Assembly (NCBI RefSeq): GCF_036971445.1
Contig: NC_091474.1
Location: 124,000,001 to 124,064,000, forward strand
DNA length: 64,000 nucleotides
Reading direction: 5' to 3'
From: Narcine bancroftii
Lineage: Eukaryota
The translations under genes were made by a program, and so were the position numbers. Positions 25,991 through 40,369 of the stretch are shown here, piece after piece. Each line of letters begins with the position of its first letter. The stretch's first letter is position 1. The notes below the pieces were generated by a model that worked only from the letters and a program-made list of their open reading frames with translations, did no database searches and was not told the DNA's origin.

Positions 25991-27529
25991 TCACTGCGTT
26001 GAACTGTGTGATTGACATCTACTTTACCAATCAGAATTTCTGGGGCGTATTGAACATGGAACAACACAGGCTCTTCGTGTCGCCATCTACATATTCTAAC
26101 CAAAAAACTAAACTGTTCGTACCTCGTAACCCTCCATTTGCCTGTCTAAATGGGTCTTAATTATCCCTAAAGTTTCAGCAAGCATCACCATCCTTGGCAA
26201 TGCATTCCAGGCATCCACAAGTCTCAGAAGACAGGACAAATAATAAAAAGCTGTGTTAGAGCTCATTTTAGGTCCAGTGATCATGATCCCATTTGTTTGG
26301 ATAAGGATAAATCTGGTTCTCAAGTTGAGATTCTAAATTAGAGGAAGGGATCTAGAAAGTATGGAATAGTTTAGGTTGTTTTCTGGCAAGGGTGTGCTTG
26401 GTAAGTGGAAGGCCTTCAAAAGTTACATTTGTCGAGTACAGAATTTTTATGTTCCTTTCAGAATTAAAGGCAAAGTTAAAAATCACTATTTATTAATTTT
26501 TAATGTTTTGAGCAAGAAAATTTATGTTTTAGTGCATATGTGAAATTAAAGATGAAATTAGCAGGGAGAGGGATTCATGGATGTGGAGGGATATTGAGTA
26601 TCACATTTAGAAGAATAAAGAGGGATCTGGAAGTTTTTGGGCTCTTGGACCTGCATGATGTGGTTATAAACATGAATCGTTTCTCCATGATAATCTACAA
26701 ATTATCGTCAATATCTTTAACTTGGCCTGTTTTAAGAAACTCCTCCCAAACTATGACCAGCACATAAACTGCTGTGACAGAGGCCCCAGCTGATTGTGAG
26801 GTGAGAGTGCACCCAACTTCTCTTTGAGACCACATCCCAGGGAATCAGGCAACAATGAAGTACAGGGGTATGGGCCAAAGACTGTACTGACCTCCAATCA
26901 GATGCTTTGCAGCTACTGTCGCCCACTTTCTATTGTTCTCCAGTGGAATGTTGTTCAAGGTTTAAGATTCCTTTATTTTCACGTTAATAAAAACAGTGCA
27001 ATATCCTATAGAATTTGCTTTCACATGCCGAAAGGCAGACAAATTTGCCATCAGCAGAAACTGACAGAAATGCCTCTTTCAAAGAAAGAGAAGCAAAAGA
27101 GTCCCCTCAGTATCACTGAATGTAGATTTGACTACAATGCTCCTGTACCTCCCACAGCCACAGAGAATCCAGTCTAAAATATCAGTAGCACAAGCTGCAG
27201 ATCTGAACCTCCAACACAATCAGGAAACCTTCAGTACCTTTGGCACCCACATGCATCCCCATTCTTATACGTGGGACCCCTTCAACTAGTCTGGAGCCAG
27301 CCTTCAGATGACCGCAACCTGGTACAAATCGCAGTTGCCAGCAGCCTGCACTGTTTCCTCATCTTGTCTGTGTGCTCTTCAGCCACAGGACTCCTCACTG
27401 ATCTGCCACCATGGTCACCAACCCAGGGGTCATCGAATCTGCTTCTTCTTCTCAAGTAGGTGGTAATATCCGCATTAGGAAATCTCCGCTTCCCCAAAGT
27501 CTGTAACACCATGTGAATGAGCCAATCAT

Positions 27530-27950
27530 TTGCAGCCATCTTGGGCCAGATACTATGATGGTGGCTGATAGCCTTGGTCTCCTTAAGCTCCTCAGGATGT
27601 GTAGGTGCTGCCATGCCTTCCTGATCATCTCCTTTGTCTTGTCCACATTGAGACTCAGGTTGTGGCTCCTGCATCACAGTACAAGCCTTTCAATCTCTTC
27701 CCTGTGGGCTGACTCATCACTGCTCACCATGAGGCCAACTACCATTGTGTTACCCACAAACCTAATTATTTTTTTGGAGCTGGCAGCAGAATCATGAGCT
27801 AGCAACGTGAATAGTAGTGGGTTGAGCACATAGCCCCGTGGAGCGCCAGTGTTGCATGATGTGACTTGAAGTTTTGCTGCCAACCCAGTCAGACTAGTTT
27901 TTCAATCAACAAGTCCAGGATCCAGCTGTGGAGAGGAATACTCAGACAAT
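27530..27950 (-). mobile_element. Rex1/Babar-like LINE RT fragment
   Basis: NTGAPRGYVLNPLLFTLL...IIRFVGNTMVVGL, a degenerate GAPQGCVLSPLLF / KFADDTTVVGL. Confidence 0.65.
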
Positions 27951-28549
27951 TTGTTCCTGATTGCATCTGGCCTCTAGATGAAATCAAAACCTAATTTCCC
28001 CTCAAACTTCCTCCTCAGCCTGCACCTACAGGCTTAACCCTTTTTGTTGTGAGGAAAGATTTCTCACTGCCCACTCTCACTGTGCCCCTTACAATCTCAT
28101 CACCCTCTCTCAGGTACTCCTCGGCCTCCTCCATTCCAAGGAAAACAAACCCAGCATATCCAGTCTCCTACCCACTCAAAGGCACCATTCCAGGGAACAT
28201 TTGCATGATGTTTTCGTGACTATTACTTCTGATCCTGGTAAATCCACCCTGCTTCCAGTCCACTGCAGTCATGGCCTTCCTACAGTGTGGTGGCCAGTAT
28301 TCTACAGTTCTCCAGTTCCATCAGAACTATTTTGATCAGGATGGTGCTAAACACCTCTTTTTCAACATGCTCGCTCTTTATTTTCCATCACTGAACCCAG
28401 TCTCTGTCCAAGACTCGCTGAGCACAGCTTCCTCCATAATTTTATTTCTGATGGCAACATTAACTGCCCATTTCACACATTTCTGGCTATTAATCATTTT
28501 CCTTCTTTGTCTGGGATATAGATAGGCCAGTTAGAAGAGAGAGTAGAAA

Positions 28550-29335
28550 GATGGAGTTTAATACCGAGAAGTGTGAGGTGCTATGTTTTGGTATCAATGA
28601 TCAGCAAAGGTCATGGTAGACAATTGAGGAGTGTAGTAAAACAAAGGGATTTAGGAATTCTGGTACGTAATTCCCTGAAAGTGGAGTCACCTGTAGATAG
28701 GGTGGTGAAGAAAGCTTTTGGTATATACTCCTTCATAATTCAAAATATTGAGTACAGGAGTTGGGATGTCATGTTGAAGTTGTATAAGGCATTGATAAAG
28801 CCAAACTTGGAATATTGCATGCAGTTTTGGTCACCGCATTATAGGAAGGATGTCAACAAAATAGAGGGCAGAAAAGATTTAAAAGAATGTTCCCTGGGTT
28901 TCAGGGTCTGAGTTATAGGGAAAGGTTAAACAGGCTAGGACTTTATTCCCTGGAGCGTAGAAGATTGAGGTGTGATTTGATAGAGGTATTTAAAATTATG
29001 AGGGGGACATATAGAGTAAATTTGGTAGCCTTTTTCTATTGAGAGTGGGGAAGATTCAAACAAGAGAATATGGATTGAGATTGAAGGGGAAAAAGTATAG
29101 GGGAAACATGAGGGGGATTTTCTTCACTCAGTGGGTGGTGGGAATGTGGAATGAACTTTAGGCAAAATTAGTATATGCAGGCTCAATTTTAATATTTAAC
29201 GAAAAGCTGGATAAGTATAAAAGCTGAGAGGTATGGAAGGTTATGGCCTGGGCGAGGGTCAATGTGACTAGGGAGAAAATGTTCGGCAAGAACTCGAAGG
29301 GCCAAACTGGACTGCTTCTGTGTTGTAATTGTTAT
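28550..29335 (+). mobile_element. CR1 LINE 3' fragment
   Basis: QRDLG...LYKALIKPNLEYCMQFWSPHYRKD with a short repeat tail (GTTATATG). Confidence 0.85.
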
Positions 29336-29449
29336 ATGGTTATAAGGTTTATTGGATTCATTTGTCGGTGTTTTATTCGGTTACAATTTATCTCTCTCTT
29401 CCCCGGTTGCAGATTTGACCTGGGAATGTCTCTGTGAACCCCTGTGCGC

Positions 29450-29770
29450 AGTGACTGCCGCTGCTGCTCCTCTGATTGACATTTCCCTCCGGAACTCCTC
29501 CAGGCTGCCGCTCCTTTGATTGACAGCTGCCTCCTCCTGGGCAACCTCTCCTTCGACAGAACCATCCGCCCCTCCTCCCGGGCTGCTGCTCCTTTAATTG
29601 ACAGCTCTCTCCACCCCTCCTTGGGCTGCCGCTCTTTTGATTGACAGCTTCCTCCTCCTGGGCAGCCTCTCCTCTGATTGTCAGCTCCATTCGCCCCTCC
29701 TCCCGGGCTGCCACTCTTCTGATTGACAGTTCCCACCCTTCCACGCTGCTGCACCTGATTGACAGCTCCT
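29450..29770. repeat. Minisatellite with a GATTGACAGCT core, units ~38-45 bp
   Basis: Repeated GCTGCCGCTCCTTTGATTGACAGCT..CCTCCTCC motif, about 7 copies. Confidence 0.75.
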
Positions 29771-30545
29771 TGTGATGATACGATAGGGGCTGTGCTACGT
29801 CAGTGAATGACGACCCTCAGCAACAGGCCGGCCCATGGTCTGGTGTGGGTGATCAGTGTGGTAGTGAAGGCAGATCCTAACCTGTAAGGAGGGGTCCAGG
29901 ATGGTGTGTTGCCTCTTTGGGGCCAGGGGTCATGGATTTCTCACAGCAGCTCAGGAAATCCTGAAAGGGGAGAAGGAGCAGTTGGAGGCCTTGACCCATC
30001 TCAGGGCCATGGTCACAGGCAGGAAGGGAAATGATGTCCAAAGAGCAGGTTGTGGTGGGATCCATGCATCAGGGACAGGGACCCCTGAACTGGAGGGGCA
30101 CCAATATCTTGTTGAGATTTGCTGGTGCTCGTTTGGAAAGTGGTGAGGCTGATTAAAAAAGAGTAAAATAGAACACAGTTAATAGAGTGGACAGGCTGGG
30201 ACCAATGGATGAGCAAGGAGGATATGATTCTCCAAACTGCATTTATTTATATGTTAAGAGTAAAACAGGAAAGTCTGCAGACTTCGTGATGGAGATGAAA
30301 ACATAATGCTGGAAAAACTCAACTGTTTGAGCTGCTGAGTTTCTCCAACAAAGTGAATTGTGATTACATTTTCTCTCATGTTGAAAAATGTAAAGCTAGA
30401 GGGAATGTTTCACCTGAGGGGCAACCTTTACCCACAGAGGGTGGCCTGAATATGGAAGTGGCTTCCAGAGGAAGATATAATGGAAGGGACAATTGCGTCC
30501 ATGAAGGGACATTGAGACAGGTTCATGGATAGGAAAGATTTAGAG

Positions 30546-31569
30546 CACACATGTCAAACTCTGGCCCGTGGGCCAAATTTGGCCCGCGATATAATTATAT
30601 TTGGCCCGCAAGATCATTTCAAAAATGTATTAGAGGTGGCCTGCTGGCCGCCGCGCCAGTATAGAGCATGCACAGTAATACAACAAATCCCAGAATGCAT
30701 TGGCGTCAGCCCGCTAATCACCCCCACCTCCTCTGTTTACGTTGCAGGGTCTCACCATGGACTCTGGTTTTGGGGCCTGGCCGGTGTCAGGGGAAGCCAA
30801 GGCCGCTTCCCAGTGCCCGGAACCGGAGTCCTTGGGCCTGACCTCGCCAGGACCGTTGCCCACTCCCCCTCCCTGCCGCAGGCCGACCCGCGACTCACGG
30901 TGACGGGGACGCTGATCCACCGAGATGCCGCCCTGCAGCGAGAGCCGATGCCCCCGCACTGTCGTTGTCCAACCCGATCGCCCGCAAACCCCGCCCTCCC
31001 GCACACAGGCCTGAGTTAGGATTATGAACTTTAATCTCAGGATAAAACGATCTTCCAATAGTTTCATGTCACAGTGATAAATATATTCCTGGTTAAGAAT
31101 GGTCCTGCACCTGGATACAAGCTCATTAGGCATAAAACTTGAAAAGTGTGTAAATCAAAGGATATCTGTACCAATGGAAAAAGGGCATGGCAAATAACCC
31201 TGCTAGAGTTCATGCCCACAATCAATCACCCATTTGATTGTTTCAGGAATCATGTTATTCTCCCACATTCTCAATAGCCCTCAGATTTTACTATTCGACA
31301 GCACACTAGCAACATTTCACAAATCCTCTACAGAGAAATATTATTTATTGAATATTTTATTTCTCATTTGTTAATGCTTCTGGAAAGAGTTTATCCAAAA
31401 CTATTATTAAACATTTATTTTAATAAGAAAAAGTTTAACATTACATATGTTGAAAGAAGAGAAAACATGCAGATGTTGTTGAAAATTTTCAATAAATATT
31501 TAGTTCGGCCCTTGACTTAGTCCAAGTTTTTAATTTTGGCCCTCCGTGAATTTGAGTTTGACACCCCTG
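30546..31569. mobile_element. hAT (Charlie-type) non-autonomous element inserted in a CR1 tail
   Basis: TIRs CACACATGTCAAACTC / GAGTTTGACACCCCTG, subterminal GGCCC repeats and an 8-bp TSD ATTTAGAG/GTTTAGAG. Confidence 0.85.
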
Positions 31570-32934
31570 GTTTAGAGGGATGTGATCCATATGCACATAA
31601 ATGGGACTGACTCAGAAGGGAACCTTATCAGCTACATCAGATCCCATGGACTGGGAAGGAGAAGCATTGACGAGACTCTAATTGAACTGAAAGGGTCAAT
31701 GCAGAGAAATGATTCTTTACAGTTGCTCATTCAAACACTAGCAGAATGGGGGCTCAAAACTAGTGATAAAGGCAGACCATTTTGGAAACATTCAGTGTTC
31801 AGTCACTGTCTCCAGCGTGAGAAGGAGATATTTAGATCCATTTGCAACTCTGTTTCTCATTTTCTCAGACACTGCCTGAACTGCTGAGGATTTTCTGTCT
31901 TTATTTCATATTTCCAGCATCTGCAGGTTTGTTTATTTTCCATCCAAAAACAGAGCCTGAGTTGAAGGCCTGAACTCAAGTGAGGTCAGTCTTTACTTGG
32001 TGGTGCTTAGAAGGATGAGAGGTGAACTAATCAACTTCTCATGTGGTTTACAGATGCATATAGAGCGATGGAGAAGGTGGTGATTGTGTCAAACCAGCTG
32101 ATTCTAGCACTCAGCTAACCCCGTGTGTATCCGTGAACCTGACTCGTGGGCCTGGCTACTCGTCCAGTGAGAACATTGATGTCGTCTCTTCCTTCCTGTT
32201 GGGCATTAAACAGTGAGTGTCTGTTAGTGCCTCACTCCTCCAGCTGACAATGTACGGAGTTCACAGTAACAACTGCCGTGCAGAGAAAAGACTGATTCAG
32301 CAAGAAGGCACAGGTCAGGTCAACTCATGGATTTTTCCTCTTTTTTCAGAAAGAATAGTGGGAATCAAACCTGTTCAGGTGTATATACCTCTTACAGAAT
32401 ATCAGGGAAGCCATCAGTGTCCCTGCTGTCTTCATCTGCGAGAATTGCATGCAATTGTAGCTCCTTGCAGATTGTGTTAGGAAACTGGAGCTGGATAAAT
32501 GCCGGATCATTCAGGAGGCTGAAGGGGTGAGACACAGGAGTTACAGGGATACATTCACACCAACGAGGCAGGAGGAAGGGATCAGGCTGATATCAGAAGA
32601 GGGAAAGGGGATATGCAGTAATTGCAGGGTACCTCTCTGTCTTTTCCCTCAAAAAATGTATATACCATTTGGATACTGTTAAGGGAGACAGCTTACCAGT
32701 ACAAGCCACGGCAGTCAGATATCTGGCACTCCAGGGATTCAATAGCTTGGAGAACAGATGAAAGGTTTGTGGACAAGATTGAGACAACATGTTGCCTCTC
32801 AGGTATCAGATCGAACCACTGAATTCTCAAGAGAGAGTGTGAGCAGCCAGATATCATGATCCATGTTGGGACCAGTGACATGTGTAGGAAGGGAGATGAG
32901 TTGAAGGGAAGAGGATAATGCAGCTTCATTCTTA

Positions 32935-35900
32935 GCAGATGAGATGGTGCAGGAAGGATGGTATACCTGTCAGAAGGTTGGGTGGGTGGGGGGCGGGGTG
33001 TTCAAATGCTCCCGCATGTGCCAGGTTCCAGATAGACACAGTGTCCTCACACCCATCTGGGAATGCCATATAGGCATTCTGTGGGTTCGCATGGAGCAGC
33101 TGGACCCACTCGACCAGAGGTTCAGACTTGTGTGTCCTCATGCCTATGGATTAATACTGGGCCTGAGGAATGTCAGCCAGGTGGGTAAAGTGGTTCCTGA
33201 CACTGATCTCCGTGGGAATGTAAACAGTCTCTCATGAGTTATCATGGTGGCCGTATGCAGGAGGGACCGGATAGTGTGGAGCACATCTGGGAGGACCTCT
33301 TGCCAGTGGGGGATGGGGAGGCCCTTGGACTTTAATGACAGTAGTACTGCCTTCCAGATCATGCCACTCTCCCGCTCCATTTGGCCATTCCCTTTGGGGT
33401 TATAGCTGGTGGTTCAGCTAGAGGAGATTCCCTTGGATAGCAATATTGACGCAGCTCGTCGCTCATGAAGGATGAACCCCTATCACTGTGGTCATAGCAG
33501 GGGTATCTGAAAATGGTGAACAGATTTTTCAGAGCCTTTATGACAGTAGCTGCAGTCATGTTCAGGCAGGGGATGGCAAAGGGGAACCACGAGTATGTTT
33601 CAGTCATGTTGATGAAGTACATGTTGCGGATCATGGAGGGTAGGGGTCCTTTGAAATCCATACTTAGATGTTCAAATGGGCAAGTGGCCTTGATCGTGTG
33701 CCCAATCAGGTGTGACCAGTCAGGCTGGTAGAAGTGCATAGACCTGGCAATTTCTGATCAGCGTCCTAATGTCCATGAAGAAGTAAGGAAGATTATGGGC
33801 CTTGATGAAGTGGAAAAAAAAACAGGTGGTCCTGCAAGGGGGGGGGGGGGGTGGGTAAGAGGTCATTGTGAAGTTACTGCAGGTGATCCATCTGTGCATT
33901 GGTGCAAGTCCCCTGAGATAGGGCATCTGAGGGCTTGTTGAGCTTTCCTGGCTAGTACAGTACATCATAATTGTAGGTGGAGAGCTTGATTCTCCACCTC
34001 AGGATTTTATCGTTTTTGTATTTATTCCTGCTGCTGGTTGTTGAACATGAAGGTGACTGCCCGTTGGTCAGTCAGCAGAGTAAAAATCTTACCGGCAAGA
34101 TAATGTCTTCAGTGCCGTATCGCTTCAATGATAACTTCGGCCTCTTTCTCCATGGAGGAGTGCTGGATCTCGGGGACCTGGACGGGTGTGAAAAGAATGC
34201 TACAGGCCAGTCCGCCTGGTTAAGTGTGGCGGCCAGGGCAAAGTCGGATGCATTGCTCTCCACCTGGAGCAGGTTGGATTTGTCCATTGTGTGCACTGAG
34301 GCCTTTGCCATGTCAGCTTTGATATGGTCGAATGCCTCGTAGGCTTCTGCCGACAGGGGGAACATGGTGGCCCTGATGAGGGGTTGTGCCTTCTCTGTGT
34401 AGCTGGGGACCCACTGAGCATAATAAGAGAAAAAGCCCAGGCACCTTTTCAAGGCCTTGAGGCAGTGGGGGAATGGTAGTTCTAGCAGGAGGAGCATGCG
34501 GTTGGGGATGATGTCTCCATTTTCCACAATGCAGCCAAGTATAGCCAGGTGATGTGTGCTGAAGACATACTTCCCTGTGCTATACGTTAGATTTAGGCAT
34601 TTTGTGGTGTGGAGGAATTTCTGAAGGTTCCTATCATGGTCCATCTAGTCATGGGTGCAGATGGTGACATTATTGAGGTATGGTAAAATGGTTCGCAGCC
34701 CATGTTCATCTACCATCTGATCCATTTGCCTCTGAAAGACTGAAACTCTGTACGTGACTCCAAAGGGGACCCTCAGGGAGTGGTAAAGCCAGCAATCCGC
34801 CTTGAAGATTGTATGCTGGTGGTCTTCAGGGTGAATGGGGAACTGGTGGTAGGTGGACTTAAGTCTATGGTGGAGAACACCTTGTACTGTGCAATCTGGT
34901 TCATTATGTCGGTTATGTGGGGCAGGGCGTATGCATCCAGCCGGGTGAACCTGTTGATGGTCTGGGAGTAATCGATGACCATCTGGTGTTTCTCCCCACT
35001 CTTCACCACCATGACCTGGGCTCTCCAAGGGCTCGTACTCTGTTCTTATTACCCCCTCAGTGAGGAGGTGTCTCATTTCTGACTTAATAAATGCCCTGTC
35101 CCTGGTGCTATATCGCAGACTTTTAGTGGTAATACAGTCTGGTGAGATTGGTGAACGGGGTTGGGGAGAGATCCGGAGCATGGAGAGACCATATGTAAGA
35201 CACGGTGGTTGGGTTTGGGACGGATGGTCGGCCACATGGTGAGAGGAGGGTGGGCGGTTTAAAAACTGCTCATTGCAGACCGTGAGAGGAGGATGGGGCC
35301 CATTGTACTCCAAGGTGATGCTCTTCATGTTACACTGGAAGTCTAATCCCAGTAGGATGGGTGCACAGAGCTGTGGTAGTACAAGGGGATTAAAGTCTCG
35401 GTATACTATGCCCCAGACAGTCAGTGTTACTGTGCAACTGCCAAGAATCTCTGCTGAGCGAGATTTGGACGCCATGGAAAATCAATGGCTCGCGGGCTTC
35501 ATCCCAAGGGAGTAGTGCTGCACAGTTTCCAGGTGAATGAAGCTTTCAGTGCTTCCACCGTCGAATAGGCAAGTGGTGGGACGGTTGTTTACATGGATGT
35601 CCATCATGGATCTGGAGAGTTGATGAGATTTGTCCTGATTCAGGGTCACCAATGCCAGCATCGGTTTGTTGTCTGAGGAGTTCCATTTGGCTGCTGGTGG
35701 TCTGGAAGTGGTATCATCATGGGTGGTGGTCTTCATGGTGCGCATGCATGGCTATCCCAGCTCGGATGATGTGGTGCTGGAACTCTGGACTGGTTTGGAC
35801 TTACAGATCTTCGCAAAGTGTTCTTTCTTCCTGCAGTTGGAGCAGATGGCATCCCTGGCAGGGCAGTGTTTCCTAGGGTGCTTAGGCTGCCCGCAGAAGT

Positions 35901-35955
35901 AGCACTTCAGGTGTTTGCTAATGGTAGTGGTGGTCAGCTCAGAGTGGGAGTAAAC
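32935..35955 (-). mobile_element. Degenerate Gypsy element (same family as 3170-8379)
   Basis: Zinc knuckles CYFCGQPKHPRKHC / CSNCRKKEHFAKIC, protease LFDGGST, RT VIDYSQT...YLNNVTIC and integrase LSMDFKGPLP...HSDRGSSF. Confidence 0.9.
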
Positions 35956-36062
35956 TTGCAATGCCTCCTCCCAAGATGTTTAAGAAGCAAAGGATTGAGT
36001 ACAGTGTCCTGTGGAGACAACACACCACAGGCATTACACTTTGCCATGGACATTAATATGGT

Positions 36063-36305
36063 TAGGACAGCATGGTTAGCATAGTGGTTAGTGCAAATGC
36101 TGTTACAGCACCAGTGACCTGATTTATCATTCAGCACTGTCTCTCAGGAGTTTGTTTATTCTCCCCGTCTCTGTGTGAATTTCCTCCAGTTGGTCCGGTT
36201 TCCTGCCACCCTTCAAACATATGGGATGGGATTTGGAGGTTAATCGGTATATTTGGGGCAAACGGGCTTGTGGGACAGAAGGGCGTGTGTCTAAATTTTT
36301 TTAAA
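36063..36305 (+). mobile_element. V-SINE (HE1-like), degenerate
   Basis: tRNA-like head, TTCTCCCCGTCTCTGTGTG V-domain and the same tail as 15503-15757. Confidence 0.65.
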
Positions 36306-36741
36306 AAAGTTATATTTAAACATTCTGTCATGCTTGGGCTTGTCAAAAGTCTTGAAAGAATTAAAGTAGGCTCTCATTACTTGGTAAAAATATTTAATGA
36401 TAAATCAAACAGCCTCTTCCCTTCATCAATCCGTACTGACTATCATCTGTGGCTTTCAATATACAGTTTTATATTGTCTCTTAGAATTGGGTCCAATAAT
36501 TTGCCCATCACTGAAGTTAAACAAACATGGTTCAGCCCTTCCTCCCATTTTTAAGCAATAATGCAATGTTCAACAGTAACTCCTCCAATCTTACTATTCC
36601 TGCAACCAGGGACTGTTGAAAATCAAATATCAGAGTCTGGAATAGTCTTGGCAATTGGAGTCAGGTGATTCAGGCAAATGGAGTTGAAAAATTCAGATCA
36701 GCAGGAAGCTGATTGGGAAATAGAGATCAAGTGATCGAGGG

Positions 36742-37068
36742 AACAATTCTGGTTGCTACCTCGGTAACTGTGTTACACTCACCTCTGCAACAATTCTGGT
36801 TGCACCCTCTGTAACAGTGTTACGCTCACTTCTGCAACAATTCTGGTTTCTGCCTCTGTAACAGAGTTACGCTCACCTCTGCAACAATTCTGGTTGCTGC
36901 CTCTGTAAGAGTGTTACGTTAACCTCTGCAACAATTCTGGTTGTTGTCTCTGTAACTGTGTTACGCTAACTTCTGCAACAATTCTGGTTGTTGTCTCTGT
37001 AACAGTCTTACACTAACCTCTGCAACAATTCTTGTTGTTGCCTCTGTAATTGTGTTACGCTCACCTCT
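36742..37068. repeat. 47-bp tandem repeat, 7 copies
   Basis: AACAATTCT recurs at 36742, 36789, 36836, 36883, 36930, 36977 and 37024. The unit contains GTAAC-NNN-GTTAC. Confidence 0.95.
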
Positions 37069-40000
37069 GTTAGCCTCTATGATAATCATGTCACCCCAAT
37101 TATGGAAGGGATTTCAGGATACTTCAAAAAGTTCAAAACCTATCTTGCTGCAGTTTATCAGGATGACCATGGGGGGGCATCAGAGTGCCAAATTGTGTCA
37201 ACCTGAATATATTTGTAGTGCCTTCTCTTTATTGGAGTTCCTATTCTTTGGAGTTGAGGAGAAATGAGATGGTGTTGAGATGTTTCCACTGGTGAGAGAA
37301 TCTCAAATAAGGATCAGCAATATAAGGTTTGGGGAACTCATTTAAACCTGATCGTGTACTATCCCACCAAGGCCACCCATAACTTGGAAGAATTACCTGA
37401 TTTTCTATCTGGTGCTCTCCAGCTGGATGGTATTAACATAAACTTTTCCGGTTTCTACTAACCTGCTCTCCCTTACCTCTCCCTTCCCTTCTCCTGTCTT
37501 TCCCTCAGCTCTTCCACCTTTCTCTATTCACGTAGCCATCCTTCCTTCACTTGCTGCTGCGTCCTCCTTCCCTCCTCTACCTATTACCTCCTACCTTCGG
37601 TACCAGACCTCTGCCTTAACCTTTTATGCTGAGGCCTGCCGATGTTTGTCAATACCTTAATGAAGGGCTCAAGCCCAAAATACCGGTTGTATATTTTTAT
37701 CTTTGCTTTATAAAGGACACTATTTGACCTGCTGAGTTTCTCTGGCATTTTGTGTTTTTACTTCAACCACAGTATTTGCTGACTTCTGCATTTTACTTTC
37801 AATTTAAAAGCTGTATTCAGCTGCCTTGGTCTCTTTTTTTTATCTCCTTTAACTTCAATTAACATGAAGAAATGTGAATTTGGGTCTTTCTGCACAGTCC
37901 TACACTGCCGGAAGGTTTAGGAGATCTAGGATTGATGAGAATGAGGAAAATACACCAAGACTGTTAAACAAATAGGTGGAATAAAATTCCAATAATCCGG
38001 CACACTGGGCCCTTTGATGGTGCTGGACTGAGTGATTTTTCTGGATTATTGGATGTTTAATATTATGGGCTGTGGGTATGAGGTTGGGAAGGTGAGATTG
38101 ATGGTGGATGGTGGCACAACATTATGGTTGAAAAGCCTGCATAAGCTGTGATGAGGGATCAAGTTTGAAGGATTCCAAGTAGGACAATCCTCCACATGTT
38201 CGTAGTGAACTGTAAAATTTATTTACAGGCTGGAGAAATTACAACAGAATGTACACATACCTGATTCGCAAAGAAATACAAATCTAGCTATAATATGCAA
38301 CAAGTGAGACACAAGTCTCTCCCACACGTATGGCATAAATAGCTCCCACCCTTTACTGGCAAATACCTAGCAATTAGTCCTCCAATGTTGCACATGGCTC
38401 ACAACCTAGAGTGGAGCTCAGGGATGGTCGTAAGGGGAACAGAGTGAATGAGCCCACATGCTAGGTTTTATACTGAGCCGGATAGAAGGTAGACCCATGT
38501 TACTTTAGGTAGAGAAGGGGACCAATTGGAAGGTGTCTTTCCCTGTGTGTAGGTCTGATCTTGATTGACATGATCCTCCAGTTGCTGTTCCATGTTCTAA
38601 TAACCCAACACATTTAATTCACTTATGACATTACATCATGTCTTCCTGTGAACCCAATGAGCTTAAAGGGAGCAGAAAATCCACAATCCTGGACCATCAG
38701 GATTTCCAAACAGTTGGATGCCAGATTGTTGGAGCATTATTGGTGTGATAAATCATTTTCTGTGACAGCCCACTCTGAAACAAAATCTTGCATGCTTTTC
38801 TTTGTTAATTCCACAAGGTGGTGCTGTGGACAGTCAAGTTCCCAATCACTGACATTAGACCCTGAGCTTGTGCAGGTAAAAACAAAGGTGGAGAAACTCA
38901 ACAGGCAAGTGGTGTCCTTTAAATAGCTAAGGTAAAAATACATAACTGGCATTTCGGGCTTGAGCCCTTCAAGGTATGGAAAAAATGTTGGTAGGTGTCT
39001 GAACAAAAGAGGGGGGGGGGTGGTTGCAAAGGCAGGAGGTGATAGGTGGAGAAGGGAGGGAGTGAACAGCAGTAATCAAGGGGAGGTGGGATGGGAGGGG
39101 GAAGGGATGGAGGAGAACTGGAAAGGGGAGGGGGAAGAGGAGAGCAGGTTATTTTACACTGCTTGACCTACTAAGTTTCTCCAGCTATGTGTTTTTAACT
39201 TCACCCACAGTGTCTTCAGATTTTCGTGTTTCATTCCTGAGCTTCTGCAGTTTGATGCATATAAACTCAACAACTCAGTGGTTCCTTTTTTAAAATTAGG
39301 GGTATGTGACTTCAGTGAGTCACACCGTGATCTCGGCCAGTGTGGGGTGGGGTGTTAGAAAATGGTGGTACTGCTGGTGGTGTGGACCCGGGAGAGTGGT
39401 ATCAATGGTGCTGTGAAGGGTTCAACCACCAAATTCTAATGCTAGCAGCTCTGTACAGGCTTTAAGTGGCCTGTTAAAGGAGCAGAAGATGTATGTGCAT
39501 AAAGTCCTACCACCTTGAGGTCTGTGCCCAAGATGGTGACAGCTGTGTTGAGCAGTGGCTATGAAAGGGTGTAGACTTCTGGGGAGCAGCAGACTGGTGC
39601 AGGACACCAGAAACAGAGAAAACACCCTGTGTTGGGAAGGAAAAGCAGAGGAGATGACCCTATGGGGAAAGTGACCATAGCAATGAACTAGGGAGGGGCT
39701 CAGTAGCTGAAGGATCCCCTCAGGCTGCTGGCGACTGGTTCATTTGAACCAGGTATTGGAACTGGGATTCAAGAGTGTGTCACAACAAGAAAGGCTCCCG
39801 AAGGTCCTTGGGCACTGAAATATTCCTGATCGTGTTGGAGGTTTGTATCTGAACCTCAGGTTGTGAATGGATCGAACAGGAATCTGTGTGGCTGCACAGG
39901 CTGTGGGAGCACTGGAGGTGAATCCACGGACACTCAGTGACACTGAAGGGACTCTTGCTTCGCTTCCTCTCGTACTGTAAGGGATGCCAGATGATACTAA

Positions 40001-40369
40001 TAGCCTCTCTCTGTCTGCCTTATGGCAGGTAGGAGGAAATTTTGTGTAATATTACATTCTGTACTATTACATGACAATAACCTATCTTGAATCTTGCAAC
40101 TCAAAAAAAATGTGTCTGGTTCTGTATTGTGAATCGTACATTGAAAGGTTTGACCACCAGCAGTGACAAGAATAAGACATTTTTACAAGCAGTAAACACA
40201 GGCCAGTGAGTAACTTCCCTTTGATATGGGGATTTAGAGTAAGTGTTGGAACTGTAGACCAAAGCTGTAACCATACTTTGTTTCAATTTGATGTCCTTGG
40301 TAATGATGCTTTCCTTTAAACAGCAGATACTAAAGCATTAACAGCATTATTTAACAAGCAGGTTGAAGA

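Noticed and set aside
36742-37068. CRISPR-like array
   Set aside because: The units are contiguous with no unique spacers, there are no cas genes, and the context is vertebrate.
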